Shown here one piece after another: positions 54,490 through 64,000 of a stretch of DNA of 64,000 bases. Location: NCBI GenBank assembly GCA_951406725.2, contig OX597817.1, positions 11,780,001 to 11,844,000 of the forward strand, in the 5' to 3' direction. Numbering within the stretch: position 1 is the stretch's first letter; each line of letters begins with the position of its first letter. Source of the stretch: Octopus vulgaris. Taxonomy: Eukaryota. The notes under the pieces were generated by a model that saw nothing but the letters and a program-made list of their open reading frames with translations, ran no database searches and was not told the origin of the DNA. The translations under genes were made by a program, and so were the position numbers.

Positions 54490-55620
54490 CTCGCTTCAAT
54501 GATTTAACTGCGACCATGCAGGCGTACCACATTGAGGAATATATAGTCGAACTAATCGACCCTAATACTTATTTATTTTCTTCTCAAGCCTGATACTTTA
54601 TTCTATCGATCTTTTCTGCCAAACCGCTAGTGTTTTGGGGGGGGAAGGGGTTAGCACACCAAGACCGGTTGTCAGGCGGCGGTGTATGACAAACACAAAC
54701 ACAAAGATGCACAAACAAACACGCGCACACACACACATACACATGGGCTTCTTCCAGTTTCCATCTACCAAATCTACTCACAAGGCTTTGGGCGGCTCGA
54801 GGCTATAATAGAAGACACTTTCCCAAGGTTCCACGCAGTGGGAGTAAACCCAGAACAATGTGGCCTGAAAGCAAACTACTTATTCCTTTATTGCCCACAA
54901 GGGGCCAAACACGGAGGGGACAAACAAGGACAGACAAACGTATTAAGTCGATTACATCGACCCAAGTGCTAACTGGTACTTAATTTATCGACTCCGAAAG
55001 GATGAAAGGCAAAGTCTACCTCAGCAGAATTTGAACGTAACGACCTATTTCTTTACTACCCACAAGTGGCTAAACACAGACAGGTCAAACAAGGACAGAC
55101 AAAGGATTAAGTCGATTATATCGACCCCAGTGCGTAACTTATACTTATTTAATCGACCCCGAAAGGATGAAAGGCAAAGTCGACCTCGGCGGAATTTGAA
55201 CGTAACGACCTATTTCTTTACTACCCACAAGTGGCTAAACACAGACAGGTCAAACAAGGACAGACAAAGGATTAAGTCGATTATATCGACCCCAGTGCGT
55301 AACTTATACTTATTTAATCGACTCCGAAAGGATGAAAGGCAAAGTCTACCTCAGCAGAATTTGAACGTAACGACCTATTTCTTTACTACCCACAAGGGGC
55401 TAAACACAGACAGGTCAAACAAGGACAGACAAAGGATTAAGTCGATTATATCGACCCAGTGCGTAACTTATACTTATTTAATCGACCCCGAAAGGATGAA
55501 AGGCAAAGTCGACCTCGGCGGAATTTGAACTCAGAACGTAACGGCAGACGAAATACGGCTACGCATTTCGCTCGGCGTGCTAACGATTCTGCCAGCTCTA
55601 CACAGCTACGCCTGCGCCTA
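54490..55620 (-). mobile_element. Diverged SINE family A split by a SINE B tandem array
   Basis: Family A body 54490-54880; its head CTACACAGCTACGCCTGCGCC resumes at 55598-55618. Confidence 0.8.
54881..55597 (-). repeat. Tandem array of four SINE B bodies, 165-bp period
   Basis: GACCTATTTC recurs at 55042, 55207 and 55372. Confidence 0.93.
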
Positions 55621-55636
55621 AATTAAATGCTGTACA

Positions 55637-55864
55637 AGATGGCGAGCTGGCAGAAACGTTAGCACGCCGGGCGAAATGCTTTGTGTTATTTCGTCCGCTG
55701 CTGCGTTCTGAGTTCAAATTCCGCCTAGGTCGACATTTCCTTTCATCCTTTCGGGGTCGATAAATTAAGTACCAGTTACACACTGGGGTCGATGTAATCG
55801 ATTTAATCTGTTTGTCTGTCCTTCTTTGTCCCCTCTATGTTCAGCCCTTGTGGGCAATAAAAAA
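55637..55864 (+). mobile_element. SINE family B
   Basis: 17-bp TSD AAATTAAATGCTGTACA (55620-55636 / 55865-55881). Confidence 0.92.
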
Positions 55865-57834
55865 AAATTAAATGCTGTACATCAATAAACAATATATCTT
55901 CCTTGAAGAGGGACCGTTGAAGCTGCTGAACAATCTATAAGAAAGAGCAGAGAAGTATCCCTCTAATGCTCACCCTCACATTTACAAAAAAAAAAAAAAT
56001 GAAAAACACCCTGGACTATACTGTCCTTAGTGCATTATTCCAAGAAAAATGGAGGAGCCATGGCTAAAATGCTTTTGATCATAACAACATCTGCAATAAC
56101 TTTAGAAAATGATACCAAAGGATCGAACATGTGCGCACGCACACAACCCACCACACACACTGACATATATACATACATACATACATACATACATACATAC
56201 ATACATACATACATACATACATACATACATACATACATACATACATACATACATACATACATACATACATGGATACATACATACATACATACATACATAA
56301 ATACATACATACATACATATATACATACATACATACATACATGCATACATGCATACTACATACATACATACATACATACATATATACGTCTGTGTGTATA
56401 TATGTGCGTATGTATATATGTTTGTATGTATGTATATGTATGAGTCTGTGTGCATATAAATAAGTCTGAACATGTATATATGTATATATGTATACACAAG
56501 CACGTATATAAATTCACAAGCACACACACACACACACACACACAAACAAACACACACACACATACACTCATACACACACACACACTCGCACGCACGTGTT
56601 TATGTATGTATTTTGTTACTGCTCCTTACGCATGTGTGTCTGGTATTACTGTGAATATTTATGTGTGTGAATGCTAGTGTGTATGTGTGTATGTGCGTGT
56701 GTGTATGCATGTGTGTGCGTGTGTGTGTTTGTGTGAGTGTGCGTGCGCGTGTCTGTATGAGTAAATCTTGCTCATTCCTTACCCCTCCCTTCACCGCACC
56801 CATCTTATTTATTTCTATTAAATAGCTTGCCGCTCTTTGCCAGATGAATTTAAACGCATTCTCTCTGGTTATCGCGGCTTATCGATGGCTTCTCGCTATC
56901 AACCAAAAACTTTTAACATGATTAACCCGGTTTAAGGGAGTTCTGATTAGATACTACATCATACATCCGCAGCTGCTTTTAAGAAATAATCTAGAGTTCA
57001 CCACTACGCAAGAACAATCCTATGCAAACATGCATAAGAAAAAACACGTGTGCAAGGGCACACATAAATCCGTATCATACAATCATTCCCATATACACAC
57101 ATATATATTCATTCTTATATTATTGCGGCGTTACGTGCACCACCACCCCCGTTTGTTTGTCCAATTTTAAACCCTGCACGACTTCTATACACACTGTCTT
57201 TCCTGCCCGCCATTGCTTCTTCACCAAACTTTTTGGCGCCCTCCGATTCTTCCCCTCTCTTCCTCCCATCCTCCTCCCCTCTTCCTCCCATCCTCCTTAA
57301 TCCCTTCTTTCTCCTTTTCTCTTGGTCACTGATTCTGTCCCCTGCCTTCCACCCTCTTTGATTCCATCTATCTCTGTCTCTCTTTCTCTCTCTCTCCTGC
57401 GACCTGCTGCTTCTTAAACCATTCTGTTGGCCTTCGTATCTCGACCAACATGTGTCCCCGCTACCGAAACGGTAATTATTTCTACGCCAGCTATGTTGTT
57501 GTTGTTTCTGTCTCATTTGGTCTAAAGTCGTATGACAACCACCGTTATATATGTTTTGTTTGTTCATTACCGTTTTCAATTTCGTTTTCGTCTCTTGTGT
57601 TTACATCCGTCTTGTGCGTTCACATTCCTGTCTTCTACCAAGAAATCTAATGCTTACAGCTTAGTTTTTTTTCTTGGGGCTGGCCGAGTTGGAGCAAATA
57701 TCAGAATTGAACAGCCGAAATTTGCTATGATGGTTCGGTGTCTGACTGAAGATTGAAGGCTTCGAATGATTTGTCTGTGCTCCGTGTTCGTCCCTTCCTG
57801 TGTTTCACGTTCATTAAATATAAAAACATTCATT

Positions 57835-57909
<75 letters not shown>

Positions 57910-58167
57910 GTAATCACAGTTCAACGTGCATCAGACCAACCCTAAACAGTGACACACCGACACGAACACAAATAAACGAAAATATATTCGTATATCCAAC
58001 AAATATGTATGCACGCACACGAGCATACACAACACACACAAACACACATACGCAAACGCACACACATACACAAAGATACAAGATACACAGCCATCAATGT
58101 ACACATTCATGTATGTATATATGTGTGTGTGTGTGTGCACGTGTGTGAGTGGCGATATATATATATA

Positions 58168-58315
58168 GTGAGAATTTACAAAAAAGCAAAAGACGAAGAC
58201 GGGTGTGTAAACAACAAACAGATGTATTAGTTTAACGCTCGGGAAGTGAGAAAGTCTTTTACATTTCGAGCCTATGCTCTTCGACAGAAAGGAACAGAAA
58301 TAAACAAGGAGAGGA
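58168..58315 (-). mobile_element. Penelope-like fragment with a variant minimal hammerhead (58256-58291)
   Basis: Minus: CTTT-CTGTCGA-a-GAGC-atag-GCTC-GAAAT-GTA-AAAG; same family as 20123-20315. Confidence 0.6.
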
Positions 58316-58322
58316 AATACAC

Positions 58323-58380
<58 letters not shown>

Positions 58381-58496
58381 ACACACACAGAAATTGTGTA
58401 AGAGAGAAGGAAGCGAAAAGAGAGATTGTAAACACATTCAATTCAGCTGAGACTCGTAAAACTCACCTACCACCATCACCAACACCATGACGAATA

Positions 58497-58528
<32 letters not shown>

Positions 58529-59232
58529 AGTGATAATATTTTCTACTAAAGGCACAAGGCCTGAAATTTAGGGGAGGGAGATTGTCAATTACATCGGCCT
58601 CACTGTGTAACTGGTATTTATTTTATCGATCTCGAAAGGATGAAAGGCAAAGTTAACCTCGGAGGAATTTGAACTTAGAATGTAAGGGTAGACGAAATGC
58701 TGCTTAACATTTTACCCAGCGTGCTAACAATTCTGCCAGCACGCTGCCTTAATAATGATGATAATAATAATAATAATTAGAAACACTAATATGGGCCAGT
58801 TTAGCAACGGGGAAAAATAACTCTCAAAGACTGGAACATCTACAATACCTCATAGGACCGCACCTAAAGAAAAAAAAAAAAAAAAAAAGACAGTCAGCCA
58901 GCCAACTACCAAGCCAGCCAACGAGACAGACAGACACTACTGTGATGGTGATAATGATAAAAAAAACAAAAATAACAATAATAAGATACTGCTGTGACTA
59001 CACATAAAACAATATCATTGATGATGATGGTGGTGATGGTGATGGTGATGATGATAATGATGATGGTAATGGTGGTGATAATGATGATAGTGATGGTAAT
59101 GATGAAGATAATAACAATAATAAGCCGACTACGGCTGCTATAATGGTACGATTATAATTGTAACGGCAATGATGGCCGTCTCCCCACGAGCCAATCAAAG
59201 CTAAAAAATGATAACATTATCGTAGCACCAAA

Positions 59233-59630
59233 ATGTTTTTGGAAACTAAAAGGAAAACTAAATCAGCATACCAAATCGCTTGTCCTATGGTTAATCTGGA
59301 AGCGCGTCCCCCAGGGAAGAGCCAGCCTGGGATCGAAAAGTCATCAACTGGCACAAACTCTTCTCCGAATACGGACATGGATGGTCACTTGAACGGGAAA
59401 TCCCCCAACTCGAGCCCTCCAAGTTCACCACCACAACCACCACAGAAAGAAAAATGTAAGCGGAACAAATGGACCCGAGAAGAGTATAAAGAAGTAATAT
59501 ACGCTTATTACTATGCATTAGGTAGGCCATCTCAAGAGAGACACACCGCAAACTCTTACAGTATATGGAGAACACGGAATCAAGACAGTAGGCCCTATTT
59601 GGACGAGAACAAATTAGCAAATGTGAGGGG
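59233..59630 (+). CDS. N-terminal part of the R4/Dong ORF (putative Myb-like DNA-binding region), upstream of the frameshift
   Basis: KRNKWTREEYKEVIYAYYYA..SYSIWRTRN..LDENKLANVR. Adding one base in the G run 59627-59631 continues as xDIFRNNRLTDSEI.., open and in frame into 59904. Confidence 0.85.
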
Positions 59631-59903
59631 GATATCTTTAGAAATAACAGACTCACAGACAGTGAAATAAGCGCGATCAAGCACGCAACGGAAAATGACA
59701 TAAATTTAAGACACAAAGGAAATGAAGAATCAGATGAACAGTATAGCCCGCCACGAGGCTTAATTGAAAGACTGCCATCTGACCAAAGTACGCAAAGGCC
59801 TGAAGATACAAGAAATTCTATTGTACCTGTTAAAGATAGCCAGGAAAACGAAAAAATAACAGTAACTGAAGATCTCGCATTTGCTGAAGAACACAGAGAG
59901 TCT

Positions 59904-62900
59904 ATGGCAGAAATGAGGCAGAAAATCCTGAATACGCTTGAAGTTGTAAGACATACAAGTATGAATGATAGAGAACCGCTTCATAAACTCTCAAATACAA
60001 ACCAAAATAAAAAACAAATCCAAATTGGCAACTATGTAACAAATGAAATAATACGAGAATTAAAACCTGATTTTACTGAGTTAAATGAAATTATTTACGC
60101 TTCTGCTAGGGCAATTGAAACCAGCTGTATGCCCCCGAAAAAACAAAGAAAACAAAACCTGGGAAGAAATCAAACCTGGAGAAGTAAAATTGAAAAAGAG
60201 ATTGAATTTATGAGAGGGGAAATATCAATATTAAATGAACTAATATGTGGAAATGATGTAAGATCCAGAACAGGAAGAAAGATGAAGAGAAAATTTGGAT
60301 CCTCACCAAGAGAAGAACTGATATCAATAAAAGAAACGCTGAAACAAAAAGTCCAAGCAAAAGCCCAAAGAATACGAAGATTTGAGAAGAGAAACAAGTT
60401 TTACAAGCAAAATAAGCTGTTCATATCCAATGCCAAAAAATTCTACAGAGAAATAGGGAAGGAGAAAGTAACCGTTAAAGAACCCCCTCCCATGGAAGAA
60501 GTTCAAAACTTTTGGAAAAGGATTTGGAGTGACAAGAAGACGTACAACATAAATGCAGACTGGATTATACAAACTGAAGGATCCTACCAAAATTTACAAC
60601 AACAAGCATGGGAAGACATCACAATAGCAGACCTAAGAAAGGCACTCACGAAGGCCCATAATTGGAAATCCCCCGGTAAAGATAGGGTGCCGAATTTCTG
60701 GCTCGCATCGCTCCCGTGCGCACACGGTAAGCTAGTTCAGCTGCTCAATGGAATTATGAGAGACCCAAAGAAAACACCTGAATGGTTAGCAAGTGGCATT
60801 ACTTACCTACTCCCAAAGAATAACGAAACCAACCTTCCAAAAAACTATCGGCCTATAACCTGTCTATCCACCACGTATAAAATCCTAACATCTATCCTGG
60901 CGGAGAAAACATATGCATTCATGGAGAAGAACGATATTTTCCCCATTGAACAAAACGGGTGCCGCCGAGGCTCTTACGGATGCAAAGATCAACTGCTAAT
61001 CAATCGTATGATCCTTGAGAACTGTCACAACAAGCGCAGAAATCTCAGCACCGCATGGATTGACTATAAAAAGGCCTTCGACAGTATACCGCATCCATGG
61101 ATCTTGAGATCGCTGGACATCTTCAAAATTTCCCCTGTGATTTCAAACTTCCTGAAGCACAATATGTCGTTGTGGAATACGAATCTCCAATTATACCACT
61201 CTAATGGAGTACTTGCCTCAGAAAATATAAACATCAACTGTGGAATTTTTCAAGGTGACTCACTTTCACCTTTAATATTCTGCATAGCCCTAATACCCCT
61301 TACAAGTGAATTAAACAGAACAGGGTATGGGTATAAAATTGCCAATAAAAAATTAAGCCATCTATTTTATATGGATGACTTAAAACTTTATGGTAAAGAC
61401 AATAATGAACTTGGAGGCCTATTGCGCACCGTGAAAGCATTCAGCGATGACATCGGGATGGAGTTTGGACTTGAGAAGTGTGCCAAGGCCACTTTCCAGA
61501 AAGGGAAAGTGAAGACCACAAATTCAGTCGTGTTAGATGTTGACACAGTCATAAGAGAGCTTGAGCAAGAACAAACATACAAATATTTAGGGATAAATGA
61601 AGGCTCTGGTATTCAGCATGCAAGCATGAAAGAGAAAATCAGGAAGGAATGTTATAGGAGAGTTCGTGCAGTCCTGAAATCTGAACTAAATGCACGTAAC
61701 AAGGTGTTAGCTATAAATTCCTTAGCAGTTCCAGTTGTTACTTATAGCTACAATGTGTTGAACTGGAATATGAGTGAAGTAAAGAATATAGATAGAAAAA
61801 TACGCAAGCTGCTGAGTTGTAATAGGATGCACCACCCAAAGGCAGACGTAGATCGCCTTTACCTTCCCAGAGCCCAAGGAGGTCGAGGCCTGATCCAATT
61901 TGAACTAGCTTACAAAACAACCACAATTGGACTGGCCAAATATCTCGAAATATCGAATGACTGGATGCTAAAGCTCGTGGAAAATCACGAGAGACGAAAG
62001 AAGCTTCATTCTATCATCAAGGAAAGCAAAAAATTTGCTATTGATCTCGTGCAGGATACCCAAACTGAACAACCCGAGGGAAGTACGGCAACTATTGTTG
62101 CAAAGAAGGTGAAAATGATGGCAATGAAAAAAGCGCACGAGCAATTGGCTGATAGGTGGGAGGAGAAACCTCTGCACGGCAAATATGTGACCCGCAGCAA
62201 ACAAGCTGATGTTGACCAGAAGCAAACCCATCAGTGGCTGCGGAGCTCAGGGCTAAAAGCAGAGAGCGAAGGTTTCATCCTGGCTGCTCAAGACCAAAGC
62301 CTATTAACCCGGAACTACCAGGCCAATGTGATGAAAAATGGAGCAGACCCAAAATGCCGATTCTGCAACGACATGATTGAAACAGTGGACCACCTAATCT
62401 CTGGATGTAAAGTCTTAGCACCAGTGGAGTATAAATTAAGACATGACAGAGTTGGCCAATATCTCCACTGGCTAATAAGTCGGCATTACAATATCAAAAC
62501 TGCCGACAAGTGGTATAATCACCACCCTGAGGCTGTAACTGAAGGAGAAAATGTAACCATTCTGTGGGACTTTCCAGTACATACAGACCGAACCATCAAG
62601 GCCAATAAACCAGATATTGTTGTGAAAGACCAAAACAATAAAGTTTGCTTATTGATCGACATGAGCATCCCCTGTGATCATAATATCTCAGCGAAAGAGT
62701 TTGACAAGCTCAGAAAATATAAAGACCTACTCATTGAAATTGAGAAAATGTGGCATCTCAAGGCGGTTACAATACCAGTGATCGTAGGAGCACTAGGAAT
62801 GATCAAGAAGGGAACCGAAAATTATATGAGAATGATCCCTGGCTTACCATCCCTGCAAGAAGTGCAAAAGATTGTCTTAACTGGTACATCACACGTATTG

Positions 62901-62921
62901 AGAAGAGCATTGTCGATGTGA
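59904..62921 (+). CDS. Reverse transcriptase, CCHC zinc knuckle and restriction-like endonuclease (R4/Dong ORF)
   Basis: RT motifs KSPGKD, YRPITCL, WIDYKKAFDS, GIFQGDSLSP, YMDD, YKYLG; CRFC-7-HLISGC; RHD; KPDIVV..LIDMSIP..KLRKY. The frame is open from 59592. Confidence 0.96.
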   Translation: MAEMRQKILNTLEVVRHTSMNDREPLHKLSNTNQNKKQIQIGNYVTNEIIRELKPDFTELNEIIYASARAIETSCMPPKKQRKQNLGRNQTWRSKIEKEIEFMRGEISILNELICGNDVRSRTGRKMKRKFGSSPREELISIKETLKQKVQAKAQRIRRFEKRNKFYKQNKLFISNAKKFYREIGKEKVTVKEPPPMEEVQNFWKRIWSDKKTYNINADWIIQTEGSYQNLQQQAWEDITIADLRKALTKAHNWKSPGKDRVPNFWLASLPCAHGKLVQLLNGIMRDPKKTPEWLASGITYLLPKNNETNLPKNYRPITCLSTTYKILTSILAEKTYAFMEKNDIFPIEQNGCRRGSYGCKDQLLINRMILENCHNKRRNLSTAWIDYKKAFDSIPHPWILRSLDIFKISPVISNFLKHNMSLWNTNLQLYHSNGVLASENININCGIFQGDSLSPLIFCIALIPLTSELNRTGYGYKIANKKLSHLFYMDDLKLYGKDNNELGGLLRTVKAFSDDIGMEFGLEKCAKATFQKGKVKTTNSVVLDVDTVIRELEQEQTYKYLGINEGSGIQHASMKEKIRKECYRRVRAVLKSELNARNKVLAINSLAVPVVTYSYNVLNWNMSEVKNIDRKIRKLLSCNRMHHPKADVDRLYLPRAQGGRGLIQFELAYKTTTIGLAKYLEISNDWMLKLVENHERRKKLHSIIKESKKFAIDLVQDTQTEQPEGSTATIVAKKVKMMAMKKAHEQLADRWEEKPLHGKYVTRSKQADVDQKQTHQWLRSSGLKAESEGFILAAQDQSLLTRNYQANVMKNGADPKCRFCNDMIETVDHLISGCKVLAPVEYKLRHDRVGQYLHWLISRHYNIKTADKWYNHHPEAVTEGENVTILWDFPVHTDRTIKANKPDIVVKDQNNKVCLLIDMSIPCDHNISAKEFDKLRKYKDLLIEIEKMWHLKAVTIPVIVGALGMIKKGTENYMRMIPGLPSLQEVQKIVLTGTSHVLRRALSM

Positions 62922-63099
62922 GAACTGTTGCTGCTCATGTATTTTAATTTAACTTTAAAAAAAAAAAAAAAAAAAAATGAACGAACTACTGAGTTTGGTT
63001 TAATGGCCTACCAATATACACTATGAGTTTCTTTGCCCTAGGAGTCGGGAAGACACTCGGCAAGAAATGGAAGAAAATTTGAAAGAAAAAAAAAAAAAA

Positions 63100-63153
<54 letters not shown>

Positions 63154-63239
63154 GTTGCAAGGGTAGCAAATTTGGGGTAGAGGAAGAGTCGATAACATCG
63201 ATCCCAGTGTTCAACTGGTACTTATTTTATCGACCCAGA

Positions 63240-63309
<70 letters not shown>

Positions 63310-63312
<3 letters not shown>

Positions 63313-63906
63313 GCCCTGATGCAGTACCATGCCCTAATGCAGTACCTATGCCCTGATGCAGTACCAGACAGTGGCTCTCATGGCTTCTGATCTTAACTGA
63401 TTGGAAGTGTTATCATGTACATTGTTTTGTCTTGGTATAAAAGATGGGCTACAGCAAATATTCTACTCAATACCACAGATTTGCGTGTCAGTTGTTTGAC
63501 CTTAACCAGTTGAGCATATCCCTTAGTGACTGACGATATGTGCATCTCTGATCACGAGCAGAAGTAGTGGGGGGCGCATCATAGCCATGTGTTGAAAGGA
63601 ATTCTTGGAGGTTTGGATAATTCACCTCTGCAAACATGGGTGGTTCGTTCAACACCCTGAAACAATCCTTATTCAGAGACCTTTTGAGCGGGATGGGTTA
63701 CTCGACCAGAAGAAAATTCTAACTGGGTCCCACCTACAAGGTCATGTGCGTTTTACTTTGATATGAGATCACCATATCGCGCATATATGGTTGTGATGCA
63801 TGTGCCTAGTGTACCCTTATCAGACGGGTAGTCATGATGGGTATACTGGGCTTCGTATATTTTACCCCAATGTCACTTTGATGGCATGCACTGCTCTCTC
63901 ACTCAG
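63310..63906. mobile_element. ~600-bp non-coding element bounded by (TAA)n on both sides
   Basis: Sharp (TAA)n boundaries; three tandem ATGCCCTGATGCAGTACC copies at 63311-63365; no ORF. Confidence 0.5.
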
Positions 63907-63921
63907 TAATAATAATAATAA

Positions 63922-64000
63922 ATTCAAAAGATAGTGCTCATGGGAACTGCCCATATCCTAAGTAAAATACTGTCTATATAATCTCAAATTTTAAAACAAA
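63922..64000 (+). mobile_element. Extremely 5'-truncated R4/Dong copy inserted in (TAA)n
   Basis: IQKIVLMGTAHILSKILSI* (63922-63981) aligns with VQKIVLTGTSHVLRRALSM* of the main ORF. Confidence 0.85.

Larger units (their letters stand above)
59124..63100 (+). mobile_element. Near-full-length R4/Dong-clade site-specific non-LTR retrotransposon in (TAA)n
   Basis: Begins after ATAACAATAATAA; ~110-nt 5' UTR; ORF 59233-62921 with one frameshift; ~180-nt 3' UTR with A-rich end followed by (TAA)n 63101-63152. Confidence 0.93.

Noticed and set aside
54881-55597. Regular repeat resembling a CRISPR array
   Set aside because: Whole 165-bp units repeat with no unique spacers, it is SINE-derived, and there are no cas genes.
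57115-57579. 154-aa R/G/E-rich minus-strand ORF
   Set aside because: Arises from a pyrimidine-rich low-complexity tract inside a repeat related to 15000-15716.
59124-59232. Possible HDV-like ribozyme in the R4 5' UTR
   Set aside because: Hairpin GCCG-ACTA-CGGC and TCCCCACG are present, but I could not build a consistent nested double pseudoknot by eye; needs an RNArobo or Infernal search.
60170-62231. Antisense ORFs overlapping the RT
   Set aside because: Short shadow ORFs of the + strand coding sequence.

Overview
AT-rich eukaryotic DNA saturated with microsatellites and transposable elements. The SINE families and repeat load point to an octopus or other coleoid cephalopod (inference). 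No intact host gene can be supported, and nearly all short ORFs in the track are translated simple repeats, SINEs or TE debris. The one large coding feature is a near-full-length R4/Dong-clade non-LTR retrotransposon (~59124-63100, + strand; RT, CCHC and restriction-like endonuclease) sitting in (TAA)n, whose single ORF is broken by one 1-nt frameshift. Also present: three tRNA-derived SINE families (about 30 copies, some chimeric or tandem); decayed R4/RLE, L1/Tx1, RTE, CR1/Jockey and Gypsy fragments; a Tc1/mariner; two non-autonomous Helitrons; a TIR MITE; and a possible decayed GRL101-like receptor gene. The most interesting hidden signal is a set of short, microsatellite-anchored, often fold-back elements carrying type I hammerhead-ribozyme motifs of the Penelope/retrozyme kind. 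These include canonical minimal motifs, motifs with a long stem II insertion, and a hammerhead-like fold in two copies with a covarying stem but a non-canonical 5' core. All alignments and folds were done by eye.
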